A DNA stretch of 64,000 nt, taken from Mytilus californianus (taxonomy: Eukaryota). Below the pieces are notes generated by a model. The model saw only the letters and a program-made list of their open reading frames with translations. It made no database searches and was not told the origin of the DNA. Each line of letters begins with the position of its first letter. The first letter of the stretch is position 1. Shown piece by piece: positions 37,046 through 50,382 of the stretch. Location of the stretch: contig NW_026262670.1 in NCBI RefSeq assembly GCF_021869535.1, positions 5,828,001-5,892,000 on the forward strand, in the 5' to 3' direction. The translations under genes and the position numbers were made by a program.

Positions 37046-38822
37046 TTTTTACTTATGCTGAATAGCTATAATATAAGACAGTATTATACAGAAACAAATA
37101 AGTAGCTTGAAATAATTGACTGCGAGTACTCAAACCCTACCACGGCCGGTCTGTGCTATGATACACATAATACATGCAGTACAATACTAGTACCAGTAAT
37201 ATTTTATAACTAAATAGGCAATTACAATACATGTCATACATGTATCTTTTATTTTCAAAACAAATATGCAACGAAAATACTCACAATCTTTAAAACAATA
37301 CAGATAATCACAATTCACCAAGGACGTATGCGCCACGGTGTACTTGTAGTAATGCCAATATGTGCACTTCTTATGACATGTCAGGGAAACATAAGTCTTT
37401 ATCATTATCATTATTATCATTATGCATTTCATTCCTCATGAAATAAATTTTTCTTATTCGCTTAAATCAATAATTGACCAACTCGAACTTTGAAACAGTT
37501 ACATAATTATATCTTTTCGCAGCCTTAATATTAAGTAATTAAATCCAAATAATTATCAAATGAACTAAAATTAAAACTCCGATATTTTTTATTAATCAAT
37601 CAATGCAGAAATAGTGGGACTTAATGGAATAGCAAAAAAAAAACCTAACAGACCTCTACCGGGAAGTCGTTATTTACCTAAATTATGATTAGAATCTGTT
37701 AGTTGTTTTTCTGTTTTGTATCGATCAGTCAGTGGCGAATTTATCGAGGGGGTGGGGTGGACGGGGTGGGGGGGGGGGGGGGGGGGTGGTGGTGGGCACA
37801 GCGTTAACTACATGTACATGTTGATTAGAATGAATTTCTTTTGGTTTTTAATACAACATCACAGATTCAGATCGATTAACAGGTGAAATCTTCTGATCAG
37901 GAAAGAAATTACTAACTAAAATCTGTAACGAATATGTACAAATAAATGTTTAGTGCCAAGAATATTATTATCGATTTATAGGATATGTCTTCATAACAAA
38001 ATTCTCACATTACCATTTTTTGTGATTTTTTTTTCCAAACATTGTTTTTATGACTTTATCTAACAACAATTTTTTTTTCATATAAAATTTTTGTTTAAAC
38101 TGAATGTCGTGTATTTTCTTTTCCCTCTTATTTTCAAAGGAAACCAACAGTTTGTTTAAAAAAAATGTCCCCCTTTTCCACACAAAAATGAATTGGATTG
38201 GTAAGGTCTAATATACAATCATTAATAAAATGCTTTTGTATTTTTATAAGACATACTTTATCACATAATCTGGGACTAATATATTTATCTTTGAGTCAAA
38301 ACATACAGTATAATATATGTATGACGGTATATTTTTCCTGTTTCAATTATTATGTACATGTATGAGGCTATGAATGGGTAACCATTTATAAGAGTATGAA
38401 TAGAGTTTACAGATAAGATAATAATTGGACAACAAAATAAATAACAGTTTAAAGAAGTGATGAAATATAAAGAATAGATTGATTGATTCTTGGTTGCTTA
38501 ATGTCCAGTGGCATATATTTCATGCATGTTTAAGACGAATATAATAGAGACCAATTGGCAGAAGAATAAAGAGTAGAGTGAAATGGTAAAAGAATAAAAA
38601 ATTGAGAGCAATAGAAACGATAATCCACCCACACTCGCATATATACATCTCTAAATAAATATTTAATTTTAATTTCATGGTGCCCTCCCCGCAGCCATCA
38701 AGGTTCTGGATTCGCCCCTGGATCTGATGAGTTAAACCTTTTTTTAACTGTTTTTCTTTTAATTTGTATAATTTTGGCCCGTACACATTCTGGATGTGCC
38801 TGTCCCAAGTCAGGATACTGTA

Positions 38823-38945
38823 CAGTGACGGATCCTGGGGGTGTTCCGGGGGTCGGAACCCCCTTTGTTTGATGATCAATGCTTTTGAATGGAGACATAT
38901 GATTGGAACCCCCCCCTTTTTAAACGACTGGATCCGCCCCGGCTG
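38823..38945. mobile_element. Small MITE (cagtgacggatcc...ggatccgcccc) inserted in another repeat
   Basis: TIRs present; splits the repeat tgtgcctgtcccaagtcagga/gcctgtaattcagtggttgt; duplication is TA or CTGTA depending on how the end is drawn. Confidence 0.7.
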
Positions 38946-41900
38946 TAATCAGTGGTTGTGGTTCAAATTTGTTGCTGTATATCATTTTTGCTTTTCGTTT
39001 TATATAATAGTATTGTACATAAATCAGACCGTTAGTTTTCTCGTTTGAACTGTTTAACATTTGTCATTTCGGGAACTTTTAAAGCTGACTATGCTTTATG
39101 GGTTTAGCTCGTTGTTGAAGGCCATACGGTGATCTAAAGTTCTTAACTTTAAAGTTATTACGTTTAGTTAACACAAAATTATTATAAGCAGAGACATATA
39201 CACACTGTATATATATGTCTCTGTTATAAGAAAGACAAGTTTTTACGACCTAATGTGTGTCCATCTAATCAAACGAAAAAGGATTCTCGTCTTATATGTC
39301 GGTAGATTTGCTAAACTTTCAATCCAGGTGTTTTCAGTTAAGTCTGCGTTCATGTTTCAATAGGATACACAATATTGTAAAAGCAGAGAAATAAATACAC
39401 ATACATAGAAGTAAAATAGAATTTAGAAAAATAACATTTCAATGATTCTTCCCACACAACTAAACTTTTTCGTTATTACTTTTCAGGGAAATCAATATAT
39501 CAAGAAAGAATAAATAAAGAAAATAAGAAGATGTGGTATGATTTCCAACTCTCCACCACAGACCACATGACATATAAAAGTTAACAACTATATATCACCA
39601 AATACCGCCAATGAAAACAGTATACTATAATAGAAATAAGGAAATGTGATATGATTGACAATGTGACTATCCACATACATGTAATAGGCAACAGTACGAC
39701 CTATTGTTGTTGGTATTTATTAAAAAAAAAGATTCGTTATTAGATAGAAATATTGATTTTGAAAAAGGTTAAAATCAAATTTTTAAATCTATTCCTTATT
39801 CAGTCAAGTCTTGTTTAAAGCTATTACATGTAACAAATTATTTTCCCTGAAATTTCCGCAAAAATGTAATATATTTGTCACTGGTGCAAAAAGCACATTC
39901 ACATTGGAACTTACAAAAAAAATAGCGTGATATAATACGATGTTTCATTGGGAATATCGTACGACCAAGGAAACTCGCTGTATTCAGCAACTACCTCCCT
40001 ACCTCTATTTCCCGGGACATAATACAGCAGTATATATGGAACGTATACATTCTAGCTTCAACAACAGAAAATGTGCCAAGCTTTAAATTGTCCGCCTCTA
40101 AAAAGGTTGTAATTACATTTAACAGTCTAATCTGTCATACAATTTTGACAACATAAAAATAAGATGATGTGCCCGGGTATGATTGCTAATGGTACAGCTA
40201 TCCATCAACGACTAAAGCGGGGCAAGGATAAAACCAGCTACATGTCACCGTTACATTCGATGTATGCATTTTATTTTATCTTTTGTATGTGTATATGATA
40301 AAATCCACTTAAATGTGTGAAAAAAATAAATTGCTTGTCGTTTTAATTTTCCTGAAATGTTTTATGATAATTATCTCTTTTTACGTATAACATGTACATG
40401 TATAATATGAATACATTGAATCAATGGTTTGAACAGCTAATTTTTTTTAGAAATCTAAAAAAAGTTCAACATGCATGTATGTGTACAACACAATATTACT
40501 CTGGCATATATATAGATGAGACAAACATCTTTTTTAAAAAGTTCATCAATTGCTATGAAATTCTTTGAAAATAATTGCGGGACAAGGGTCGTTAAAGTGG
40601 AAGAAGGAAACACATTTTTTTTGCGGAAACGTGAACGCAGGAACGTGGTACAAATAAGAAACTGCGATTGTTTGTCAATAACTGAAATTAACAAAATTGT
40701 GATATATAACTGAAGATCAATGTAACATAGATTGAAAAGTTTTGTGATCATGACACCACCGATGTTATATACTATAAATACTCGAATTTGTCAATTATAC
40801 CACATCTACTTATTTGTATATAAATCATGTCAAAATAAAAAAAAAAAGTAGGGTAATGTGTGAATGACGCGATTTTGATGACGATATTTATGTCGCATAC
40901 ATATACGAAAAGGAGATGTGATAGATACGTCAGAGAGACAGCAACTCAACTACACAACATAACAAAAGGTGAACTGTTAGCTCTTGTGTACTTCTTTCCT
41001 AAGGATCATTTGGACTAAAAAAGGTATTATTAGTTTTGCCTGATTATTTGAATTTTTTTCATATTGATTTCATAATGTGGATAAATTCAGAAATGTGGAG
41101 TGAATTCGGAACGCATTATATCAGTTAAAAAACAATTTTCGGGGACGCTGTCGTTTTGGCCATGGCGTTGTCAGTTTGTTTTCGATCTATGAGTTTGATT
41201 GTCCCTCTGGTATCTTTCGTCCCTCTTTTAAAGATAAAGTTAAAAACCTGCACGTACATATATCCTTGTTCATATTTATATCATATCGAATACTAGTATT
41301 CTCTACCTAATAAGTCATCTAAAAGTTGCAACTGGACGTTAAACAACCGATTAAAAAATTAATCCGTCTCATCCTAAGTTTTGTTATATTGTGTAAATAA
41401 AAAATTCATTTAACAATTGCAGATTTACACCATTTACACTGCAGTTAAGAGGCCGAAATAATGGGAAATAATTGTACATGTTAAGCAGTCAGTCATACAC
41501 ATACGTCACAAATACCTAGCTTTTCCTCATGTAAATAAATTATTTTCATTGATCTATTTTAAAATAATTTTAAATGTAACGATCATTCTAATAAATAAAA
41601 TACATTAATTTTATGATTTAAATGAATGCTTTCTGTAATTTTAACATATTCTGGTTATGAGTTATATTTCCATTTCAATTCGTTTATTCTCCAGTTATGG
41701 AGATTTTTGTTCCCCCAAAAAAAACATATTTTCCCCGGGTTATACCATCGTTACATATAGTTATAATTATACTACAATACTAGAGTATTACAATACAGCG
41801 CACTATCCGAAATACTTTATAAATAAGTGTTCTCAATTATTGAAATCAAGTTGAAAAGGTATACAGATAACTTTCATACATACGAACTCAGAATTCCTGA

Positions 41901-42498
41901 AAGTTAATACAGGCGTAAATGTACTTGCAAGAAAGAAGGCTACGAAAACAAACAAAACAGTTTCTTAGAAATACTTCCGGGCTTTATTATTGAATTTTCT
42001 TTTGAAAAATGGATTAATGCAAAATAGGTATTACCTTATACTCATCAAGCATTTGGGATTGATAGCAAACTAATGGTAGTCTCTTTTACGGTATTCACAT
42101 CTTATTCGACTAGAAAGGCCTTAATTACCATGTTTTATTGCGAAAAGACTATCGCGTATTGCTGACGAATGTTAAATATTGATCACTACTTTCTGTTTGC
42201 TTTTTTTTTATTGGGGAACTGCTTTTTTAGTTGTTGTTACGTATGAGGGATGGATAAATACACTGCCACGTTCGGTCTGTGTTTTTGATTGTAGGTTTTT
42301 GAATCGATCTGAAGAGTTTAGCCTTTTTCAACTGATTTTTATAGTTTGTTCTTATGTTGTACAGTTTAATCACTGTCCAAGGTTCGGGGAGGATTGAACA
42401 CTCACAAACATAATTATTTTTTTATTTAGTGGTGCATCCAGTTGCACCACTTTATCAAATAAACTCATCATAGATACCAGGATTGAAATTTTGTATTT

Positions 42499-42543
42499 GC
42501 GCCAGACGCGCGTTTCGTCTACAAAAAGACTCATCAGTGACGC
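42499..42543 (-). ncRNA. Fully canonical minimal type I hammerhead ribozyme in a solo retrozyme fragment (about 42457-42580)
   Basis: Minus strand gcgtca CTGATGA gtct ttttgt agac GAAA cgcgcg TC tggcgc; GUC site at 42505; all stems paired. Confidence 0.88.
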
Positions 42544-45500
42544 TCGAATAAAAAAAAGGTTAAAAAGGCCAAATAAAGATTAAAAAGGCCAAAAAAAGAT
42601 ATTAAACCGACAACTTAAAGAGAGTCTTTACTATACTTTTCTTGTATACGAACTACGAAACATCATTTCGCAATTCGTACTAAGAGTAATTATTCTTCAT
42701 TTTAAACAAAATATGGCCTTGAATCTTAACTGTATATAATAAATATGAAAAAAACCGCAATTTATTTATAAAAATTCTTCTTTGTCAAACACCTAAATAG
42801 GAGGTACAATCAGTCTCATGAAATAGGCTCCAAGGCAGCACATTTTAAAGATTCTGCATTCTGTTTTTGCATTGTTTGGACATAAAACACAAATAAATTT
42901 AAAAATAAGGAGATGTGGTATGATCTCTCGTATAGAGATCAAATGACACAGATATTAACAACTAAACATTCGTGTTGTCAGATTAAAATATCTTTAACAC
43001 CCTTGTCCAGAGATACATTCTGCTAAATTTACCATATCGATAATTTAACATTCGTACTTATTGCGTAATAAGATATGTGTCCTGGTAAGAGTAACAGCAG
43101 GTGGTATATATACTTAAGTGTTTATCGTCTATTATACATCTGAAGGTGACATTTAGCTTAAGGAAAATTTAGTGATCAGAGAGAAGATATATAACATTCT
43201 GTCGAAAATTATTTGAAAGGTAAACATTATTAAGGTCATCCGCAAAACAAATGAAAATAATATATATATATACAATGTACTTTTTTTATGTTATGCAATT
43301 CAATTTTGATACTTCAAGTTTTATAAATCTGCTTAATGTCTTACAATTCAAATTAACGTTAGGCAAACTATAAGTAGTGTGTCAGTATTTCAATTAGTAA
43401 TACCTTCCTAATGAATAACATTGACCGATTTGAGCTGGGATAATACTAATTTAGTCTGAATTTTAGATGGTCTGTAATAATACTTAAAGTAGAATTTTTG
43501 AGTTTTGGCTTTTTTGCACTTTTGTATAAAAACAAATGTATTTTTTTCTAAATTGCTTAAAGGGATAGTAACTACGATTTTGACAAAATTATGACCACGT
43601 TTTGAAGCTGCTCAAATTAAAGATATGTACTTAAAATAATCAATAAGATGGCTGGAATGTTTACATAAACTACAGAAGTGTTAATAATTCATAATTAATA
43701 TCGTGTTGCGTGCCTATTCATCTCATTAATTATGCATCGGGTTTACTTCCCGAATTTTGCCGACACAGCGAGTGAAATGACCCAGATATAAATATCACAA
43801 AAGCTTGCATCTTATTCGAACCAAAGGTTCTCAAACAATGGCGATTATATACACTTGTTTTTACATTTGTATGACAAAACAATGCCGATAATGTATACAC
43901 GTGTTTGTGAATTGGGGCCATCACGAAGGATACACCGGAAGAAAAATATCAAATTGTAAGAAGTTGATTTTTAATTTCTGCTATGTTGAGAGATCACTGC
44001 TCGTAAATTTGTAAACATATTTTTTTACAATAATTACTTGAACACGTCGCAATTTGTTTGCATGTGATCTGGAATAGTTTAGAAATGTAAACATTTCGCA
44101 AACCGTAGTATTGTCGGCTACTTCTGTGTGACAGGTTTTTTAAGTGATTCTAATGACCAATTTCATCGCCGCTATTTATTTTCAATTTACAATAATTTGT
44201 CTGCACCTCTTTCCTGATCCTTTTTCTCGCAGAAACTGTAAATTCATGTTCCATTCCCGCGATAACATTCCTCTGTTCGACATTTTCCCTTCGAGGACCA
44301 ACGTGCGATTGCGCAATGAGAACTGCCGAGTTAAGGTTAACATAGGTCATATGAATAAGGGTTGGCTTAACATCGAATTTTTATCTGTAGACAACAATTA
44401 AATTCAGGTGTAAAAAGTTAAAAAGCTTCAAAATGCTAAATGGAAAGTAATCAGTGATGGTGTTATTTATACTTAATAAACTTTTTGTACAAAATCCGGC
44501 ATATAGATTAAAAATAATTTTAATGAAATTCGTAGTTACTATCCGTTTAATAATTTCGAAACAATTCGAACTTAACGATGCATTTTCTAAAGAGTGTCAA
44601 CAACAGGTAAATGCCAAGCTTATTGGTAATTCGTGTACTGGTAAAATTTACAAGATAAGGGAATGGCGTGTCTGTGGATTGGAGATTAGGAAGTTGAATC
44701 TGAAATGATATCCTCAGGCTTAATCTATATTTAATACACGTGATTTGCATTACCGTTATATCCGAGACAGTTTTTGCGAAAATGTACAACAAAAAGTCTC
44801 GAAGGACACGTTGTTAAAGTTCGTTCAAATATGTTTTATGCGAAAAAAAAATGCTATCAATGTAAACATTCATAAAATTGTCAATTCTGTCCCAAATTTG
44901 TCAATTGAAACGGAAAAAGACGTATAAATATCTGAATATTTATACTTAAGCAAGTGTAAAATTCATGTGTTACACGAAACAATGCTATACTGAACAGAAA
45001 CTTAACCATGTACGACACAATAGAGACAAAAATGTCAACAGTTTCTAATAGATCTACCTTTGTTTAAAGAAAGGATGACACCATATGGGAAAATGCAAAA
45101 AAAATATGTCATCTCGTGTATTTGAAAGCGAAATTTAATTTAAGTTAAGTTATTAAGTATTATATAGATAAACCTTCCTTGCACGGGAATCGAACCGTTA
45201 CTTCCTTTGGTTGCATTGATATCTGTATTGTAAGCTACCGAGGTGAACATCAGTTAGAAGTTAAAACATTTCAACTATACATGGAAAATGATTAAAATAT
45301 ATGAAATAATTCAGCAAAATCTCAATAAACAAGGGGCTTCAGCACTTACAGGTGTGTATAGCTTACAGCTTAAGGGAATGAGAAAAAGTACCTGTGTTTT
45401 ATAGGTCACAAGTCGGCTATCAATAATTATGCATACTTTTTGGTATTTCGTTTCTGTAACTTTTTTTATGGACTGACTCATTTATATATATATGAGTATT

Positions 45501-46049
45501 TTTTGCATAATATCATTTAAACATGTACATTGTTTTCATACTATGGTAGAGATTGATATTAAATACATAAATTCCAAATTTCATAGAAAAAGAAACACAA
45601 GTAAATGAGTAATTGAACAATATTTAGTCACGTGCCGGTTTTTCTTTGATATTGTCGAAAATCAGTAAACCGGTTGACTCGAACAACTAACACAACAACT
45701 GGTAAAACAATCATAATCTCTTTTATTTTAAGTAATTAACAATTTAAAGACTAGTGCTAAATATGTATAATCAAATATTTTGTACTTATTTACAAAGATT
45801 AGAAGGAGAAATAATTTAGCTTTTGTTTTATTTCTCTTCCGATAAAGTTATTTGCGGGCTTTGATGTGCGTCAACTATTAAGTTAGAATGTGGTCAGCTT
45901 GTTAAAATATTTATGTTTTAAAGAGTGTTATCAAGAAAAATGGAAAAGAAATGTCGACAATAATAAAATTAGATATTCAATGCTCAAAATAGATATAAGA
46001 AGATGTGGTATGAGTTCTAATATTACAGTTGATTTTGGCAATGAAGGGG

Positions 46050-46260
46050 AAATAGTTGTCAAAGGTACCAGGATTATAATTTAATACGCCAGATGCGCGT
46101 TTCGTCTACATAAGACTCATCAGTGACGCTCAGATCAAAATAGTTATAAAGCCAAACAAGTACAAAGTTGAAGAGCATTGAGGAACCAAAATTCCAAAAA
46201 GTTGTGAAAAATACGGCTAAGGTAATCTATTCTTTGGATAAGAACATCCTTAGTTTTTCT
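46050..46260 (-). mobile_element. Half-unit copy of the 354-bp retrozyme, HHR at 46086-46129 with G16.2 to A
   Basis: Reverse complement matches the array unit from ctaaggat.ttcttatcc to gacaactattt; stem III acgcgcat, AUC site at 46092. Confidence 0.85.
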
Positions 46261-46303
46261 TAAAAAGTGTTCCTCATCATCTACAATTTTACAAACTTTA
46301 CAC

Positions 46304-46752
46304 CGGGGGTGGGGTTAGTAGGGGGGGGGGGGTTACTTCGATATATGTGGGTAGGGGTGTGCCATTTTTGCCATTTTAATTTAACATTCACTGAAATTCA
46401 GTACCTATAGTTATATAAATATTTAAGAAAGAATGACCAACACTTTTATACAAATCATGAGATAAATGTCCGGGGTTCATTCGGGAATTTATTTGAAAGG
46501 TGAACTTTCAAATGAATTGATTTAATTTAATAACATATTGATCATTAATATTTTAAGATTCCGAATAGCATATTTATATATGATATGAAGATCATAAACA
46601 CCCCAAAACAATATACAGTTATCAAACGTAAATGCATTTTAATTTAGTATATTATAAAAAGGAGGGTAATTTTTATATAAAATCTCGCAAAATTATGATC
46701 CATATTTTTGGCACATCCCCGTACACTCAATTATAGGAAGTGACCCGCCGGG
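46304..46752. mobile_element. About 450-bp non-autonomous DNA transposon with G-rich TIRs and a 7-8 bp TSD
   Basis: ctttacac at 46296-46303 and 46753-46760; imperfect TIRs gggttactt...gggtaggggtgtgcca / tggcacatccccgtacac...ggaagtgaccc. Confidence 0.75.
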
Positions 46753-47924
46753 CTTTACACACTCAGTGTTCTCTTTGATTTTTTTTATATCGACCTATTT
46801 CAATTACCAAGTTATGGTCACTTACGCAGAATTTTGTTAAAAGTTGACGACCTTTAAAATTGTTTTTAGGTTAAAGTAGTGCCTTCAATACGGAGCCTTG
46901 GCTCACACCGAACATCAAGCTATAAAAAACCCCAAAATGACTTATGTAAAATCATTTAAACAGGATACCAACGGTGTAATCTATACGAAAAACGAGAAAC
47001 GAAAAACACTTATGAACAACATCAACAAACGACAACCACTGAACAACAGGTTCCAGACTTAGGACAGGTGCAAACAAATGCAGCGGATACGAGTTCAAAA
47101 GCCCTAATATACGAATAATTCCCGAGACTTAAGTTACAATGTTCTCAATATGATCAGAATCGTATGTGTTAATTTAGAACAAAAGATATAATTTTGTAAG
47201 AAAAAATATGACGTACCAATTTTAATAGCTTAGAAAATATCATTTTGCCAAATGATGAGAACATTTTAACATTTGTTATACCTAACATTTCATAATCTAT
47301 TTCTGAAACGACTTCTCTTCCTGAATATGCACGAAATGTTAGCCATGGACGTTAAGCAACCAACAATCGATCAATCAAATTTTGCTTTAAAAATAAATTT
47401 TAAAACAATATAAGCCACAATTGTATCCATCACTTGGTGTCTGTTGTCTTGTTGTTTAGTAAACATATACTGAACTCGTTTTTGTCCAGAAATATATTCC
47501 TTAGACGAGTATAAGTATGTAAATAAATTCATAGGGTATCATGTAGTAGTTGAAATTATTCAGTGCAATCATTTTGTGTCCAACGTTGTCTTTCATACAT
47601 ATCAAATGTTGTATCCACTGTTTGCTGTTCGTAGTCTGTTAGGCCTCGGTTTCCAAAATTTAGCCCCCACTTAGGTAATGACCAATCATAAGTGTTATAC
47701 ACTATCCATCAAGGGGACATGTATGCTAGTTGTTTTTTTTTTTTTTTTTATGACGATTCAAATGATAAGACACTTATAAGGGCGCTAGGATAGCTATGAC
47801 AATTGTTATATAGGTTTACGGGAACATTTATTGAACTCGAACGGACTGAAAACAGATTGATAGTTACGCGCCGACCTTGTCGGAAAGTCTTTCATCTGTG
47901 TGCACTTGTCATATCTTCTCGACC

Positions 47925-48110
47925 AAGCGTGACGAGCGCGTGATAGTAAAGGAGGCCGTGGGTTCGAACCCCGGGTGGATCAAAACAGAAACATTAAAAG
48001 TGGTATTTGGTGCGTCTCCGCTGCGTAAGCAGCATTAAAGAGTAAGAGCAAAAACAGGTCTGCTCGGAGTCAGAATTACGTGTCCGGGTAGGTTGACATG
48101 TCCTGAGGAG
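47925..48110 (+). mobile_element. tRNA-derived SINE fragment
   Basis: B box ggttcgaaccc at 47961, then ggtatttggtgcgtctccgct..gcagcattaaagagtaagagcaaa, resembling (from memory) the Meta/MESC-type central domain of mollusc SINEs; truncated. Confidence 0.65.
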
Positions 48111-48354
48111 GATTTAGGTTGCGCGAGCCTTCCCCTTAATGGAGATACTTTTATGGTTATTCAAGATTTTCTGCCTGTTTCACTCTAAACATTGCTTAGT
48201 TTGGGGGCTTTAATCGAGTACAAACAATATTGTTTGCTTTAAATACGAATATTATCCACGTGAAATTTATACCAAGTTGCAGCTAAAAATCCCCCAAATA
48301 CTTTTGATTATAATTGGTACGGTATGCTGAAAGTAAAGAAATGCTGGTATCTAT

Positions 48355-49900
48355 CTCCTTTGAGTTGTCACCCTAAACATTGCACCAAGAGCATTCCCTA
48401 CAGCCAGGCCATACGAATAAAAAGGATTTGCTCCACCAACGATATTGCAAAAGAAACTTCGCGGTCACCTAAGACATGGGGGCTACAAAAGAAAAGACAT
48501 TGATAAAGGTTTTACTCGTGCTAACAACATCAGCCGAGATGAACTTTTACAATATAAAGTAAAAAAGGTCAACAGGAGAGTGCCTTTTGTGTTGACTTAC
48601 CATCCAAAATTTTACAACTTATCTCACCTAATCCGCTAAAATTGGAAAGAAATCGAAAAACATCCTAAACTATCCAAGATCTTTCCCGAGCCACCTGTAC
48701 TGGCTTTCCGTAGGCCCAAAAGCCTTAAAGACTTGCTGGTGAGAGCTGATTTATCCTCTCAAGCAGGCTCTTCGTCTGTGGGCTCTTGCAAGGGTTGCGG
48801 AAACAAACGATGTCTGACTTGCAAACAAATACTGGTTACCCAGACTTTTAACAGTCACTCCACTGGTACAGAATACACCATATTTTGCAATGTTAATTGC
48901 AAGACTACAAATGTTGTGTATCTCCTACAGTGTAAATGTGGTAAACAGTATGTTGGCGAGTCAGAACAGCCGTTTCACAAACGAATGAGCGGTCATCGTA
49001 GCGACTACCAATGCAAACCAGACCTCCCTCTAAGTCGACATTTGAGATCCCCTGGCCACACCAAGGCAGATCTCAATCGACTGACCATTACAATCATTGA
49101 CCACAACTCTGCTTGGTCCAGGGAGGATAGACTCACTCGGGAAAGATTTTGGATAAAAAAAATTAACAATTTTGGCACCAAATGGGATAAATGAAAAGAT
49201 GTAGTTCGACTCCATGCAGTGCTTCACATTTGGGTTATATTACTTATTATTACAGTCTCTATTTCTATTTCTTTACCTTACTCATCTCTAAAATAAATCT
49301 GTTGAATATACCAATTTAAATTGCTTAATTTTTTGAGGGATGTAAAAGTACCAAGCCACGTTCAACTAGTTAACCTTAGTCAAAATTTATTATTATATTT
49401 TAACGGCCGTTTGTTTGCGATGTTTAAATACGCAGACTCTGTTGCTACTACTCTACCGTTGTCAAATTTTAAATATTTACAAATTTAGATCGTTCAGTGC
49501 TGTTTATTTGGAATTCTTATTGACGCAATCGTTCTTGTAACATCATAACTGTCGTCACCGTTAAAGCTTTAGAATTGTGCTAGTTCATATCGCACATTAT
49601 TATTTTTATTTAAAGCATATATTTGAACTCTCTGTTGTAATTGGTCATATAACCTATGTCATGTTTAACACATATTTAGAATTGTGCAAGCGTCTTACCT
49701 GATGTTCGGTTTGACTTTTTTATTGTATAAATTTCAAGATTGTTATAATTTTATCTAAGTAGACTGATATATGATTCATTCAACATCTCAATCATATTTA
49801 CTGATGAAGGATATCTGTTATCCGAAATATTTATAAATAATTACATTTATAGTTCCTTTTTTTTGTTATTGGTGTTGTTGTGTACACTTTTAAGGCGTTT
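48355..49900 (+). mobile_element. 5'-truncated Penelope-like element, Neptune-like (RT thumb, Cys-rich linker, GIY-YIG endonuclease, 3' UTR)
   Basis: SCHPKHCTKSIPYSQAIRIKRICS; VPFVLTYHP; PPVLAFRRPKSLKDLLV; CKGCGNKRCLTC; NVVYLLQCKCGKQYVGES...RMSGHRS...RERFWI; one stop and frameshifts. Confidence 0.9.
49795..49846 (+). ncRNA. Probably decayed minimal hammerhead in the PLE 3' end
   Basis: CTGATGA a ggata tctgt tatcc GAAA plus the perfect palindrome tatttataaata (49828-49839); the expected U16.1 appears as A. Confidence 0.65.
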
Positions 49901-49976
49901 ATATAATTTATTTATTGTGTACATGTATCGTTACACGTAACAATCCAGCGCCCTCGTGGGAAAAATTCAGACGTTT

Positions 49977-49998
49977 TATATATATATATATATATATA
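49977..49998. repeat. (TA)n microsatellite
   Basis: tatatatatatatatatatata. Confidence 0.9.
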
Positions 49999-50382
49999 AA
50001 TAATAATCAAAAGATAAAATCCCTATAAACTCACTAATGCAGGATTGATCCTATAAATAAAAAGTGTCCGTGTAATACATGTTCATTCAACTTTTGACAC
50101 CAATTTTGGACGGTAAGCAGCGATTGGATCATATTGTGACACGTGTTTTATCTTGATCAAATATTAAAACCTAAAAGCATGAAACATTTAAAAAAAATCC
50201 AAATTATATGCCTAAATATATCTAAAAAAAAGTAAAATCCATTTTTTCATAACATTTCATTCACTATGATGGAAAATTCATTATTTTTATACATTTATAT
50301 TGTTTAAGAATTCATATATACTGAATGCATTTATTTGGGAGCAAACGTACGCTTTTTTTAAGGGGAATGGGAGGATTGACTG

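Noticed and set aside
45175-45250. tRNA gene on the minus strand (B box ggttcgattccc)
   Set aside because: No cloverleaf; at best a decayed SINE head.
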